A stretch of 55,302 nucleotides of DNA, taken from IMG/VR virus record IMGVR_UViG_3300028833_000093; one strand, 5' to 3'. Positions 36,614 to 47,091 of this stretch are shown piece by piece. A program made the position numbers and the translations under genes. How positions within the stretch are numbered: position 1 is the stretch's first letter; each line of letters begins with the position of its first letter. This stretch comes from an uncultured virus (IMG/VR IMGVR_UViG_3300028833_000093). Taxonomy: Duplodnaviria > Heunggongvirae > Uroviricota > Caudoviricetes. The notes beneath the pieces are model-generated. The model saw only the letters and a list, made by a program, of their open reading frames with translations, did no database searches and was not told the origin of the DNA.

Positions 36614-37146
36614 TGATTACCCTATATGAAAGCATATTAGCAAGTGCAAGCGCTGGTAAAGATGAATACATGAAGCGCACTATACCACACAAAAGCAGAA
36701 ATTATAAAGATACTTCTACTTTTGAATGGTTTGAAGTAGATATGGCTATGCAAGAATGGGTGAACATTGTTGATGAATCTAACTTCAGAAGTGTTTTTGA
36801 TAATTCAATATACAAATTAAGAAAGATACGTGGAAAAAGATATACTGATGACGTTGTGTCTGTTGGTATATTCTTTAGAGATGGTTATTTAGAGGTTAGA
36901 ATTTGTCAAACACCAGGACCTAATAAAATCATAAGATTCTCTTGGTATTTTGCAGATGAACCCAAAGGTTATAGTGATAAAATACAAGCAATACGTAACA
37001 ATTGGGATGCAATTGATAAATCAAAGGGAGATAAAAATTCTGCTACAATGTGGAATGACATTTTTTCTACTTATTCAAGAAAAGAAGGTATAGAAAAAAT
37101 GCACAAATTCATGAAAGCATATATAAAATACACACCTAAGCAATGA
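36613..37146 (+). CDS. YESIL-leader hypothetical protein
   Basis: MITLYESILASASAGK. Confidence 0.7.
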   Translation: MITLYESILASASAGKDEYMKRTIPHKSRNYKDTSTFEWFEVDMAMQEWVNIVDESNFRSVFDNSIYKLRKIRGKRYTDDVVSVGIFFRDGYLEVRICQTPGPNKIIRFSWYFADEPKGYSDKIQAIRNNWDAIDKSKGDKNSATMWNDIFSTYSRKEGIEKMHKFMKAYIKYTPKQ

Positions 37147-38003
37147 AATCACTTTACGAAAGCATATTATCAAGCACCAAATCTGGGGCAACCGGCGGTA
37201 TTGTAGACTGGTGGGAAACATTGCAAGATTCTAAAGATAAAGGAAATTACCGAGTAGAAAATATCAATGGTAAGTTCTTTATTGTAATAGACGATTTTGA
37301 AAAACAGCCCAAACAAGGAGTCGTGGAACTCAAAAAACGAGATGTAGAAACAATGCCAAAGCAATTGTCTGGTATATATTACACATACTATAACACCAAA
37401 GATGGTAAAGGAATACTAAGACCTGTTAATTTGCATTTTATTCACTGTCCTAATACAACGATTGATTTGAGTCATTGGGATATGTCATTAGGACCAATTG
37501 GCAGACTAGACCTACATGTGTTGATTATGTTTAGCTCACCAGGGGTTGAATTAGTAGGACTTCCTAAATATGCTTCTGAATTTAATGTGCAATTATCACA
37601 TTGTACCGATATAAAAACAATACAAAACATCAATGCACCGAATGGAGAGATTGAATTTGGATATGATAATGAATATACTTCAATAGATTATAAAGATATT
37701 AAAAATTGTACACTTAGAGAGTTATTTGTAAATAAAGCAAATATTATTCGTTCTACTATTTCTCTTAAACACCATGATCCAGCTGTAGAATTCTATAAAA
37801 AGATAAGAGGTAAATTCGTAATCGATCCACAATATGCAGAGTGTATTCAAGATTTGTTAAAAAACAATACAATTGGAATGCTTCGTTACCAATATTCAAA
37901 ATCATTAGATGACAAAAAAATGCGTGGATATGATGGTATGAAATTAGAACCATATGAAGTTGGTTATGGTACGAAAACTTATGCAATCGTACCTATAAAA
38001 TAA
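37143..38003 (+). CDS. YESIL-leader hypothetical protein
   Basis: MKSLYESILSSTKSG. Confidence 0.7.
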   Translation: MKSLYESILSSTKSGATGGIVDWWETLQDSKDKGNYRVENINGKFFIVIDDFEKQPKQGVVELKKRDVETMPKQLSGIYYTYYNTKDGKGILRPVNLHFIHCPNTTIDLSHWDMSLGPIGRLDLHVLIMFSSPGVELVGLPKYASEFNVQLSHCTDIKTIQNINAPNGEIEFGYDNEYTSIDYKDIKNCTLRELFVNKANIIRSTISLKHHDPAVEFYKKIRGKFVIDPQYAECIQDLLKNNTIGMLRYQYSKSLDDKKMRGYDGMKLEPYEVGYGTKTYAIVPIK

Positions 38004-38021
38004 AAACAATGAATATAAACT

Positions 38022-38471
38022 ATGTTAGAAAATCCTTTATTGATAAATAAATCCGAAATCAAAAGCGAAGTGCTAAATGAGAAGGTTGTCAATTTACTAG
38101 ACAAAACCTTTAGAATTCCACCAGAGTTTGATTACAATGTAGTCGAAATCACTAAAGACTATATTGCTCGAATGGACTTATTATCATATCAATTATATGG
38201 AACCAATAAATATCAAGATGTTCTTTGTAAGTTAAATGGCATATCTAATCCGTTTGAGTTAAATGAAGGAGATATCATTATTTGTCCGGATGTGGCAGAT
38301 ATCTCATATTTTTATTACTTGGAAAATCCTGATGAACGTGATCCTGAAGCAGAAGGAACAGCCAAACGTCCTAAAGCAAAAGGGAAGAAAGAAAAACGCA
38401 AACCGAATGAAGCAGTCATCGGAGATAAACGTTTCAAAATTGACCAAACCAGAAAAGTAATTGTATACTAA
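38022..38471 (+). CDS. Baseplate wedge LysM-like protein (gp53-like)
   Basis: RMDLLSYQLYG...VLCKLNGISNPFELNEGDIIICP. Confidence 0.75.
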   Translation: MLENPLLINKSEIKSEVLNEKVVNLLDKTFRIPPEFDYNVVEITKDYIARMDLLSYQLYGTNKYQDVLCKLNGISNPFELNEGDIIICPDVADISYFYYLENPDERDPEAEGTAKRPKAKGKKEKRKPNEAVIGDKRFKIDQTRKVIVY

Positions 38472-39847
38472 TGGCGCAAATCACAGTAAAATACGACCCG
38501 ACACTAGAAATCGAAGAGATTGAGGAACCTATGTACGCCACCTCTGAAGATGAATGTGAAGAGGATAGACCTGCCGAAGTACAACAGACAAAAATGACAG
38601 GTATTTTGTCACCATTGATTAAAGTAAACAATATACTTATTTTATGGGACAAAGTATCAAGATTTGAGCTGTCCTCTACAAAATTTTTACCAGAACTATC
38701 ATTCACATTCAAAGATGATTTAGGCTTTACTAAATCTCTCGACCAACCAGGAAACGATAATTTGGTTCTTGTGCAAATACTTCCTCCTTTTGAGAATGCG
38801 TACAAGAAAATAAATCTTCGCTTCTTTATTGATGATGTGCGTATATCTGGTGAAAATGTTACAATCATAGCAAAATATAATGTACCAGGACTATACCAAG
38901 ATAAAATTGAATCTCTTGGTAAAATGACTACTTATGACTTCCTAGATAAAGTAGCAAAAGATTGTGAGTTGGGTCTTGCCTCAAATCTAGATGGTACGGA
39001 GGATGAACGCTATATATATCTACGAAACAGCAATTATTTGAAAACAATTGCCAACCAAATTCGTATATCAGGCAAAGAAGATTGTGTGTTGGACACGTGG
39101 ATAGACTTTCATAATTATATCATTCTTTGTGATATGATAGAACGATATAATGCGATTGAAAGCGAGATTAAAGTATGGACGGCTCCTGCTTCGTTTGTTG
39201 ATATCAATAATGATGCGCAAGAAATAGAAGCGAAAGAGGAGGATGCCATTCTTTCTAATGCGATTGGTGTACGTAATACCCAATTATATATTACTGATTA
39301 TACCGTCAATAACGCCGCCGGTAAAAACTTAAAAACGGGTACAGACAAAGTAGTACAATCATATTATATAGATAAATTTGAACCTTCATCCGTACTGATA
39401 CAAGACGGCGATGTGAAAAAAGACACCTTTGTAAAAACAATATACACCGGAGAGATATTTGGCGATTACGATTACTTCACAAGCGAACTTTGCCGTACGG
39501 CATTCCTCCAAAAAATAAATACCAATACAATAGAGGTAGCGCTAAACACACCATTGCTCGGTCTTGAAAGAGGAGGAAAAGTCAATGTCGAATGGTATGA
39601 AAGCAATGCAATCGCTACAGTTATCAAGAACGAACATGAAATTGAAACAAATGTACCCGATGAAGAAGATGACGGAACCAACGAAGATCCTGAGATGATG
39701 ACATTAAATAAACAGGTATCGGGTCAATACTTTATTATTGGTACAAGAATAAAATTTGCAGGATTTGAAGAAGGTTGGAAATATATCTTAACCTTAACAA
39801 GGCCAACAGACCAAGTAAATACATATTTAGGAGACGAGAATGAGTAA
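38471..39847 (+). CDS. Putative baseplate hub protein
   Basis: Follows gp53-like gene; C-terminal LERGGKVNV...VSGQYFIIG...LTLTR typical of hub/gpD-like proteins. Confidence 0.55.
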   Translation: MAQITVKYDPTLEIEEIEEPMYATSEDECEEDRPAEVQQTKMTGILSPLIKVNNILILWDKVSRFELSSTKFLPELSFTFKDDLGFTKSLDQPGNDNLVLVQILPPFENAYKKINLRFFIDDVRISGENVTIIAKYNVPGLYQDKIESLGKMTTYDFLDKVAKDCELGLASNLDGTEDERYIYLRNSNYLKTIANQIRISGKEDCVLDTWIDFHNYIILCDMIERYNAIESEIKVWTAPASFVDINNDAQEIEAKEEDAILSNAIGVRNTQLYITDYTVNNAAGKNLKTGTDKVVQSYYIDKFEPSSVLIQDGDVKKDTFVKTIYTGEIFGDYDYFTSELCRTAFLQKINTNTIEVALNTPLLGLERGGKVNVEWYESNAIATVIKNEHEIETNVPDEEDDGTNEDPEMMTLNKQVSGQYFIIGTRIKFAGFEEGWKYILTLTRPTDQVNTYLGDENE

Positions 39848-41540
39848 GTTTTTCTATAGTTATACGGATTTTATAAGAGATAGAATCAATTTTAAAAGAG
39901 TTGATACCAGCGGACCTAACAGATTTGATAATCCCGCTGCCCTTTATTATAAGATTGTTTTCTATTTCAGCGATGAAAACGGGCTTTTGGGTATAAACAA
40001 TGTTACTGTAAATAATACTGATGCATCCGTTAAAGCAGCAGTAAATGTAACCGCTCCGTTCAATGGAGGTGTAGAGGATCCATCATCCGCCAAGAATAAT
40101 ATCTTTAGAAATACTGCATATAACTATTTATTGCTCAATGATGAAATAGAACGCGCAGAATATCTCAAACGATTTTTGATGCTGTTATCTGATATAAGTG
40201 CCGACTCTCCATGGTACTTTCAAGAGATAGGCGGACTCGATGCTGCGCTTGAAAGAAAAGTATTCTCTGATGGTGAGTTGAAGATTGAAGATAAACCTAG
40301 ACAAATCACTATCAAGTGCTTAAACGACTCTTATGACAATCGTATTGGTACTTTGCTTGATTTGTATCGTGCTGCTTGTTTCTCATATCAGAACAAGAAA
40401 GAGATAGTACCAGCTAACCTTCGTAAGTTCAATATGGGTATACTTGTGTTTAATGCACCGATACGTGGTAAGGGTGGTAAATCCGGAGATCCAAACAATC
40501 TTATTTTAATACCCGACTCCCAAGTGAATTTCTATATACCTAGCTGTAAATTGATTGAACTGCGAAATTGCGAATTCGATTACAACTCAGCCAAATCGGC
40601 ATTCGGAACATTAAATACAACACAAGAAGTGTTTTCTCCTGAATATACTATCACTATCAATTTTGATGATTGTTATGAAAGCCGTTATAATGAGATAGCA
40701 CAAATGGTGGTAACAGACTTCATCAATATTGATATAAGAAAGGAACGTCTTGGAGGTTTTTATGATGATATTGATGAGTTCGGTGTAAATCCATTTGGTA
40801 ATGAAAACGGAAAATTGAATTATGTCGATGACTCTAAAGATTTTTGGGTAAATAAAACATTACAAACAGGTACAGTTCCGGATGGAATAGACCAAGTGTA
40901 TAAAACACATATCGTTTCTGATAATATAAAAAGCGATAACACAGAACTTAATAATGCGCAAGAAATTGCTAATGGAAGTGGGCTTACTTCTGGTCTCAGT
41001 ACAAACAATATAAGAAATATATCTACAAATGTAAATAGCTTAACAGGTAATTTAGGAGGATCTTTAGGTTCTGCAGCAGATGCCATAAATCAAACCGGAA
41101 GAATTGTACAAGCATTATCAAATCCTAAAAATATAATAGAAAATACCGGTAAAAACCTAATGAATTCTGGTAAGTCTGAATTGAAAAAACAAGTAGACAA
41201 ATTATATATTGGCAATCTGGGTGGACAATCTATTCGAGAAGTGTTATCACAAACCAACAGAGTAGTTAGTGGTGATATAACACCTATTGTAGGTTTTATA
41301 AAAAACCAACAGAGTGGACAATCAAGTTCAAGCTCATTACCGGGTTATTCCACCTCTAGTACAACCAGTTCAGAAAATAAAGATAATGAGTTGAATAAAG
41401 ACTTGCCAGGTTATCCAGGAGAAAGAATTGATAATGAACAGATAAAAGGAATCCTACCTGACCATTTAGGATGGCAAAAACAAAGAACCGAGTTCTTAGC
41501 AAAAATGAACCAAGCTAAGTCATTGAGAAACAACATATAA
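39840..41540 (+). CDS. Putative baseplate/tail-tube-initiator structural protein
   Basis: Position between hub and sheath; function inferred from context only. Confidence 0.4.
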   Translation: MSKFFYSYTDFIRDRINFKRVDTSGPNRFDNPAALYYKIVFYFSDENGLLGINNVTVNNTDASVKAAVNVTAPFNGGVEDPSSAKNNIFRNTAYNYLLLNDEIERAEYLKRFLMLLSDISADSPWYFQEIGGLDAALERKVFSDGELKIEDKPRQITIKCLNDSYDNRIGTLLDLYRAACFSYQNKKEIVPANLRKFNMGILVFNAPIRGKGGKSGDPNNLILIPDSQVNFYIPSCKLIELRNCEFDYNSAKSAFGTLNTTQEVFSPEYTITINFDDCYESRYNEIAQMVVTDFINIDIRKERLGGFYDDIDEFGVNPFGNENGKLNYVDDSKDFWVNKTLQTGTVPDGIDQVYKTHIVSDNIKSDNTELNNAQEIANGSGLTSGLSTNNIRNISTNVNSLTGNLGGSLGSAADAINQTGRIVQALSNPKNIIENTGKNLMNSGKSELKKQVDKLYIGNLGGQSIREVLSQTNRVVSGDITPIVGFIKNQQSGQSSSSSLPGYSTSSTTSSENKDNELNKDLPGYPGERIDNEQIKGILPDHLGWQKQRTEFLAKMNQAKSLRNNI

Positions 41541-41653
41541 AAAATTTTTAAATATTCTGTAAATCGCTCCTAACGTATTGGTTAGCAAGACCATTTTATT
41601 GTTGGGAGCGATTTCTTTATTATTGTATTAGAAAAAATAACAAATAAAAGAAT

Positions 41654-44575
41654 ATGAGCTTACCAAATTATTTAGCAAAAATCAAATCAAGCGGTATTTA
41701 TCGTTTCGTTTGGGATAAGTCTGAGATTGCTGGTGTGCCTGCTGAAATCTTACGTTTGGTCGTAGGTTATTCAGAGAAGGGTCCGTTCAATACTCCGATT
41801 TATATTCAATCAGATACCGAGTTCAAAGCTATCTTTGGTGATATTAGCAAGAAATTGGAGAAGAGAGGTATCTTCTTCCATCGTATGGCATTACAATGTC
41901 TTGCAAAAGGTCCTATCATCGCATTGAACTTAAAGAAATTCGACAAGGAAACAGTTGACGCTTGTTCATTTAACGTAGCAGATACAACCATAGATCTTAC
42001 TGGTGTATCAGTTGAGTCTATTTACGACACCACTCGTTTCTGGAAATTAGACCCAGAGGCTATCTTACCTGCTACCGCTGGTTCAGTTACAGCAAATAAA
42101 ACTAAGTATATCTCTATTACTTCTGCCGATTCCAAGGAGACTTCTTGCTCTATCTTTATCCGTGGTTTCAAGCCAACTGGATATGATGTAACAGTAACAA
42201 ACTGGTTCTCATCACAAGGACAAGAGGTTCCGGATTACTTTGTAGATGGTGATAAAGATTATTCATCATTGCTTATCTCTGACTTCTGGGCTGAGATTTA
42301 TGTATTCCGTGGTGAATTTACCCCTGCATTGTGCGCTTCTGATCCATTGAATAAATACTTTGATGTTATCGGTGGTAAACCTCAATTAAAAGAGTACATT
42401 GTAAATGGGTTCGGAGAGAAAATTGATACACTTGCTGCATTAGCTTCCGACGACGCATCTAACTTTGTCAATTCTTACAGCGGATGCTTGCTTCCTTACT
42501 TCCAATCACAAACTGGTTCTTATGTATCTCTTGACCTTGTATTCAATTCTGACAATGGTCTTCATAAGATGATGATGAACTTGAACAGCGATTTGTTGTA
42601 TAACGGGGATGTTAAAATCAATGAGTTGGTTACAACAGGTTGGACTTCAGATAATGCATTCGGAGTTAAGTTAAAACAAACCGAAGAGGTATATCAATCT
42701 ACTACAGCAGTTAAGAATACTGTTGATGATGAAGGTGTAACAATCGTTCTTAATAAAACTTATAATTTCGCATATTCAGCAACACCTGGTAAAGAGGCAA
42801 CTGCATTCGACCCAGACTTTATTAAATATGTCGGCGGCGCTGCAGCAGAAGGTGAGACTGATGATTATGTAAAATATATCAGCGGTTTACCATATAAGTT
42901 CGTTGAAGAAAAAGAAATCACAATCGATGAGGTTGCATTAAGAGCACAAGTATATGAAGCCGTTGATGAAGAATATCTCGGAGCAGGTCATGTTGCAGTA
43001 TATAATGACGAAACATATATTGAAACTGCCACAGAAGGTGTTTATACAAAATCTGAATTACCATTAGTTGACCTCGTTACATTACCTGTAACATTAGATG
43101 ATGATACAACATATTATCGTTTCGAAGGTGTAGATGGTGATTACAAAGCATACTTCGCTGCAAATCCTGACCATATGCTTGCAGATAATATCTATGTAAA
43201 AGCAGATGGAACTGTTTATATTAAATCTGAAGGTTCAGGTTCAGGTTCAGGTTCAGGTTCTGGAGAAGGTGGTGATGGATACACACAAATCGAAGGTGCT
43301 GTAGCAGGTGCCGAAATTGATGGTAAAGACAAAGGAGCACTTGATTTTGTAGCTGTTGGATTAGTAAATGGCGAAAGAGTAATTTACGATGGAGCATTCT
43401 ACACAATTACTGACGTTACTGCTGACTTCTTGAAACTTTCCGATTTTGAAGGCAATGAAGTAACAGTATCAAGAAAAGCTACCGTTAAGAAATGCAACCA
43501 TTCTGCATCTATCACTGACTACCAACTTAAACCATTCTACTTCGAGGGTTATGAATATTCACATCCTGCACCTGAAAATAATGGTTTGAAAGATTGGAAC
43601 AAACTTCAATGGCATAAGTTCATTCTTTCTACATTGTTCTACTACGACGGTTTGAGAATTGGTTTGACTAGTAGAAACGATATCGACTATAGATATGTAA
43701 TTGATACATTCGAAGGTCTTGTAGATACTGAGGAACATAAAGAATTGGCTCTTATCTGTAAACAAAAAGATAACGCAGTTGGTTTCTTGAACTTCCCAGC
43801 AATGAAGACATTCAAGAATTGTGAGTATTCAAGCTTTACTGATGACCAAGGTAAATTACAAGTGAAGTATATTGCTGAAGGAGCAAACAAGAAGAAACAA
43901 CCTGCACTATTGTTCTCACTCGTTTCTGAAATGAATGGTGGTAGTTATGTTTCTTATAACACTCCGCTCACATTCTCTGATGGAACTGTTAAGACAAGCG
44001 TTCCTGCTGCTGCTCTTGTATCGAATAACTTTATGGAGAAGTATGAAAGCCGTCAACCATACTATATCGTAGCTGGTCCTACATACGGTAGAATGATCTA
44101 CTCTGGTTTGGTTGGTCCTGAGTTCAACTTCACAAGAGCTGATCTTGACATTCTTGAACCAATGGGTGTTAACTGTATGGTTTACGTACCAAGACTCGGT
44201 ACTTACATCAACTCTAACCAAACAGCTAAACAAAATCCTGTAACTGCACTTTCTAAATTGCACGTTCGTGAGTTGGTTATCTACTTACAAGACGAGATTG
44301 AGAAATTGTTACAAGATTACCAATGGGAGTTCAATACACCATATCTTCGTGACTTGGTTAAAGCGAAAGCTGATACTATTTGCGAAAGAGTAAAGAACAA
44401 TGGTGGATTGTACGAATACTTGAATGTCTGCGACGAATCTAACAACACAGACGATGTAATCAATAACGAGATGTTCGTTCTTTCAACATCAATCGAACCA
44501 GGAATGGGTTGTGGTAAGATGGTGCAAGAATTAACAATATATAGAAAAGGCGGAATGCAAGCTCTTATCAAATAA
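41654..44575 (+). CDS. Contractile tail sheath protein
   Basis: VVGYSEKGPFNTP; C-terminal ALSKLHVRELVIYL, QWEFNT, VCDESNNTDDVINN. Confidence 0.92.
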   Translation: MSLPNYLAKIKSSGIYRFVWDKSEIAGVPAEILRLVVGYSEKGPFNTPIYIQSDTEFKAIFGDISKKLEKRGIFFHRMALQCLAKGPIIALNLKKFDKETVDACSFNVADTTIDLTGVSVESIYDTTRFWKLDPEAILPATAGSVTANKTKYISITSADSKETSCSIFIRGFKPTGYDVTVTNWFSSQGQEVPDYFVDGDKDYSSLLISDFWAEIYVFRGEFTPALCASDPLNKYFDVIGGKPQLKEYIVNGFGEKIDTLAALASDDASNFVNSYSGCLLPYFQSQTGSYVSLDLVFNSDNGLHKMMMNLNSDLLYNGDVKINELVTTGWTSDNAFGVKLKQTEEVYQSTTAVKNTVDDEGVTIVLNKTYNFAYSATPGKEATAFDPDFIKYVGGAAAEGETDDYVKYISGLPYKFVEEKEITIDEVALRAQVYEAVDEEYLGAGHVAVYNDETYIETATEGVYTKSELPLVDLVTLPVTLDDDTTYYRFEGVDGDYKAYFAANPDHMLADNIYVKADGTVYIKSEGSGSGSGSGSGEGGDGYTQIEGAVAGAEIDGKDKGALDFVAVGLVNGERVIYDGAFYTITDVTADFLKLSDFEGNEVTVSRKATVKKCNHSASITDYQLKPFYFEGYEYSHPAPENNGLKDWNKLQWHKFILSTLFYYDGLRIGLTSRNDIDYRYVIDTFEGLVDTEEHKELALICKQKDNAVGFLNFPAMKTFKNCEYSSFTDDQGKLQVKYIAEGANKKKQPALLFSLVSEMNGGSYVSYNTPLTFSDGTVKTSVPAAALVSNNFMEKYESRQPYYIVAGPTYGRMIYSGLVGPEFNFTRADLDILEPMGVNCMVYVPRLGTYINSNQTAKQNPVTALSKLHVRELVIYLQDEIEKLLQDYQWEFNTPYLRDLVKAKADTICERVKNNGGLYEYLNVCDESNNTDDVINNEMFVLSTSIEPGMGCGKMVQELTIYRKGGMQALIK

Positions 44576-44599
44576 GTTGAATTACATCTTATAAAAATT

Positions 44600-44632
44600 G
44601 AAAGCGGTTGTTTCGACAATCGCTTTCTTTTT
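44600..44632 (+). terminator. Intrinsic terminator
   Basis: gaaagcggttgt-ttcg-acaatcgctttc plus T-tract. Confidence 0.75.
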
Positions 44633-44745
44633 ACGTATATGCGATTATTTTCTTTTTCCTAATGGTTTAATCATTTAATATACGAGCGTGCGCTATACGT
44701 CAAGTAAACCGCCCTATACGTTATTTTAGAAATCAATTATCCAAG

Positions 44746-44773
44746 TTAATTTTTTGTAATAAATACATATATT
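44746..44773 (+). promoter_or_regulatory. Putative phage promoter TTAATTT-N15-TATATT
   Basis: Exact motif 7 nt upstream of ATG 44781 (possibly leaderless). Confidence 0.6.
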
Positions 44774-44780
44774 AGTTTAT

Positions 44781-45356
44781 ATGAAAAAGATAAAAGAAAT
44801 TTGGGAAGAAATATCTGATTTCTTCGTGTATACTATTTGGGACAATCTCAAAACAGCATGGTATAACTTAAAATGGTTTTTTCATAATATCAAAGTGTTC
44901 TGGAAAACACTTTGGGAATACCGAGATTGGGATTATGCTTATTTGATTGATGTAAATACCGTCTGTCTTACCCAACTTGCTAATCGTATTGAGAAAGGTT
45001 TTGAAGATAAACGTTCTTCTTCTAAAAAGGTAGCAAAAATTCGTGAATTGATTGCTTTATTGAATAGAGATGTTGAAGACGAATACTTAACAAAATACGA
45101 AGAACAAGTAGCAAAAGGTGAAATTACATATAAAGAGGTATTTGAACAAGCAGACATCGAAAAACGAAAGAATGCAAAAGCAATGTTCCAAATCATTTTA
45201 GGACAAGACCCAAAGAAATTCGATGAAAAATACCGAAAAGCATTAGAGAAGTTCAAAACAGAACATCCGGAAATTGATACTACTAAAATGAATGACAATT
45301 ACGACACCTGGGTGCAAATATTCGACGGTTCAGGTATAGAAAGTTGGTGGGAATGA
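44781..45356 (+). CDS. Hypothetical phage protein
   Basis: 191 aa; WEYRDWDY and C-terminal WWE. Confidence 0.7.
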   Translation: MKKIKEIWEEISDFFVYTIWDNLKTAWYNLKWFFHNIKVFWKTLWEYRDWDYAYLIDVNTVCLTQLANRIEKGFEDKRSSSKKVAKIRELIALLNRDVEDEYLTKYEEQVAKGEITYKEVFEQADIEKRKNAKAMFQIILGQDPKKFDEKYRKALEKFKTEHPEIDTTKMNDNYDTWVQIFDGSGIESWWE

Positions 45357-45415
45357 TTAATTCTCACCAATTTTTTTGTATATTACTATGTAATAATTTT
45401 AATAGATGTGTAATT

Positions 45416-45601
45416 ATGACTTATTTAGATTTAACACCCGGAGAATTAGACCGACTGTCTGAATTCCATAAAGAACACCCAAAAAACGCCTTACGTGTAT
45501 ATTCAGATGAGGTAATAAGCTTTGAAGGAAAAACTTATCGTAAACGCGTAACCGATCTTTGTGGTCATGAAACAGATATTGCTGACCCGACATTTGACTA
45601 A
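45416..45601 (+). CDS. Hypothetical protein
   Basis: Start taken at MTYLDL downstream of promoter motif 45357-45384. Confidence 0.55.
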   Translation: MTYLDLTPGELDRLSEFHKEHPKNALRVYSDEVISFEGKTYRKRVTDLCGHETDIADPTFD

Positions 45602-46164
45602 TGAAAATAATCTTCTTAGATATTGACGGTGTATTAAATCACGAAGAATGGTATACATCCGGTAGAGCGCATGAGGCATATGAAGCTACGGGAAAAACAG
45701 ATAATAAAGCATACAATTTCGACCCGGATTCTTGGAAGTGGATTCAAAAACTTATTGATGAAACCGGTGCAAAAATTGTGCTTTCATCTTCATGGCGTTG
45801 GTATGACTTACAAGCAACCATTGAAGAATATAAAAATACTGCATTTAAGCCGATTATTGACAATCTTGTGGGTGTTACACCTGGAACAATGAGTCGTAAT
45901 AGAGGACAAGAAATAAATCGGTTTTTTGATATTGTAAATGGAAATATCACACAAAATCTTCCACAAGCTATTGAATGGCTGAAACAACACCCACTTGAAA
46001 CATTGAGTGCAACCGGTGAAAAGATTGACCAATATGTTATCTTTGATGATAATGCCGATATGACAAAAGAGCAAAAGAAACATTTAGTACAAGTAGATAG
46101 TTGGGTAGGAATACAAGAAAAAGATTATATAAAAGCTAAAAAGATATTAAATAATGAAGACTAA
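45601..46164 (+). CDS. HAD-domain protein (Swiss-Army-Knife RNA-repair HAD type)
   Basis: IFLDIDGVLN, IVLSSSWR, RGQEI, YVIFDD. Confidence 0.8.
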   Translation: MKIIFLDIDGVLNHEEWYTSGRAHEAYEATGKTDNKAYNFDPDSWKWIQKLIDETGAKIVLSSSWRWYDLQATIEEYKNTAFKPIIDNLVGVTPGTMSRNRGQEINRFFDIVNGNITQNLPQAIEWLKQHPLETLSATGEKIDQYVIFDDNADMTKEQKKHLVQVDSWVGIQEKDYIKAKKILNNED

Positions 46165-47041
46165 CAAAATTATCGTTTTACAAGGTTGTCCTTGTTCGGG
46201 AAAATCAACTTACGCACAAAACGTAAAAGATGAGCATACTGTTGTAGTAAACTTAGATACCATCCGAATTGAGTTGGGTGGGGGTAAATTTTCTTTTAAC
46301 AATGAGGACAAAGCATTAGCTATAGAAGAGAAAATGATTCGAGATGCAATCGCTAACGGACAAGATGCAATGATTGATGCTACAAACCTAAATCCGAAAA
46401 AGATTGCAAAATGGAAAGAATTGGCAGAAGAGTTAGATTGTCCGATTGAGTTTAAGATGTTCTATATACCTTTCGCGGAAGCAATGAAACGAAGCAAAGC
46501 TCGTAAAGATGCTGGCGGATTGTATATTGACAAGAAAACTATGACTGGTTTTTACAAGCGCTATTTTCCAGAAGAATTCAAAGATGAGTTAACCGATAAG
46601 CGAGTTATTCGTGAACCTAATGGAGCTCTTCCTAATTGTGTGATTTGTGATTTAGATGCAACACTCGCATTGCACCAAGGTCGTGAACCATTTGATTGGT
46701 CTTTAATTGAAACAGATAAGATTGATACTCGTCTAAGATATTTATTGAATTGTTTTATGGCGGATGGAATTCCTGTAATGTTTGTTACAGGTCGCAATAA
46801 CTCAGCACGTCAAGCTACACTAGATTGGTTGAATAAAAATCTAATGTTCAAAGAGTGGAAGTTATTCACTCGAGATGACCGAGACTTTTCACACGGTGAT
46901 GATTACAAAGAGAAAGTATATCACGAACAGATTGAAGGTAAATACAATGTGCTTTGTGTATTCGAAGACAGCAACAAATGTGTAAAACGTTGGAGAGAAC
47001 TTGGATTACTCACATGTCAAGTGGAAAATAACGATTACTAA
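46154..47041 (+). CDS. pseT: Polynucleotide 5'-kinase/3'-phosphatase (T4 PseT-like)
   Basis: P-loop GCPCSGKST, IDATNL; HAD ICDLDATL, VTGR, FED, WRELGL. Confidence 0.85.
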   Translation: MKTNKIIVLQGCPCSGKSTYAQNVKDEHTVVVNLDTIRIELGGGKFSFNNEDKALAIEEKMIRDAIANGQDAMIDATNLNPKKIAKWKELAEELDCPIEFKMFYIPFAEAMKRSKARKDAGGLYIDKKTMTGFYKRYFPEEFKDELTDKRVIREPNGALPNCVICDLDATLALHQGREPFDWSLIETDKIDTRLRYLLNCFMADGIPVMFVTGRNNSARQATLDWLNKNLMFKEWKLFTRDDRDFSHGDDYKEKVYHEQIEGKYNVLCVFEDSNKCVKRWRELGLLTCQVENNDY

Positions 47042-47091
47042 ATAACACAAACAAATTTACTATATTATATTATAACTAAAATTTGAAATAT

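Noticed and set aside
35031..38003. Diversity-generating retroelement or integron cassette array
   Set aside because: No reverse transcriptase or integrase, no TR/VR pair with A-specific mismatches, no attC-like palindromes; similarity is confined to coding leaders.
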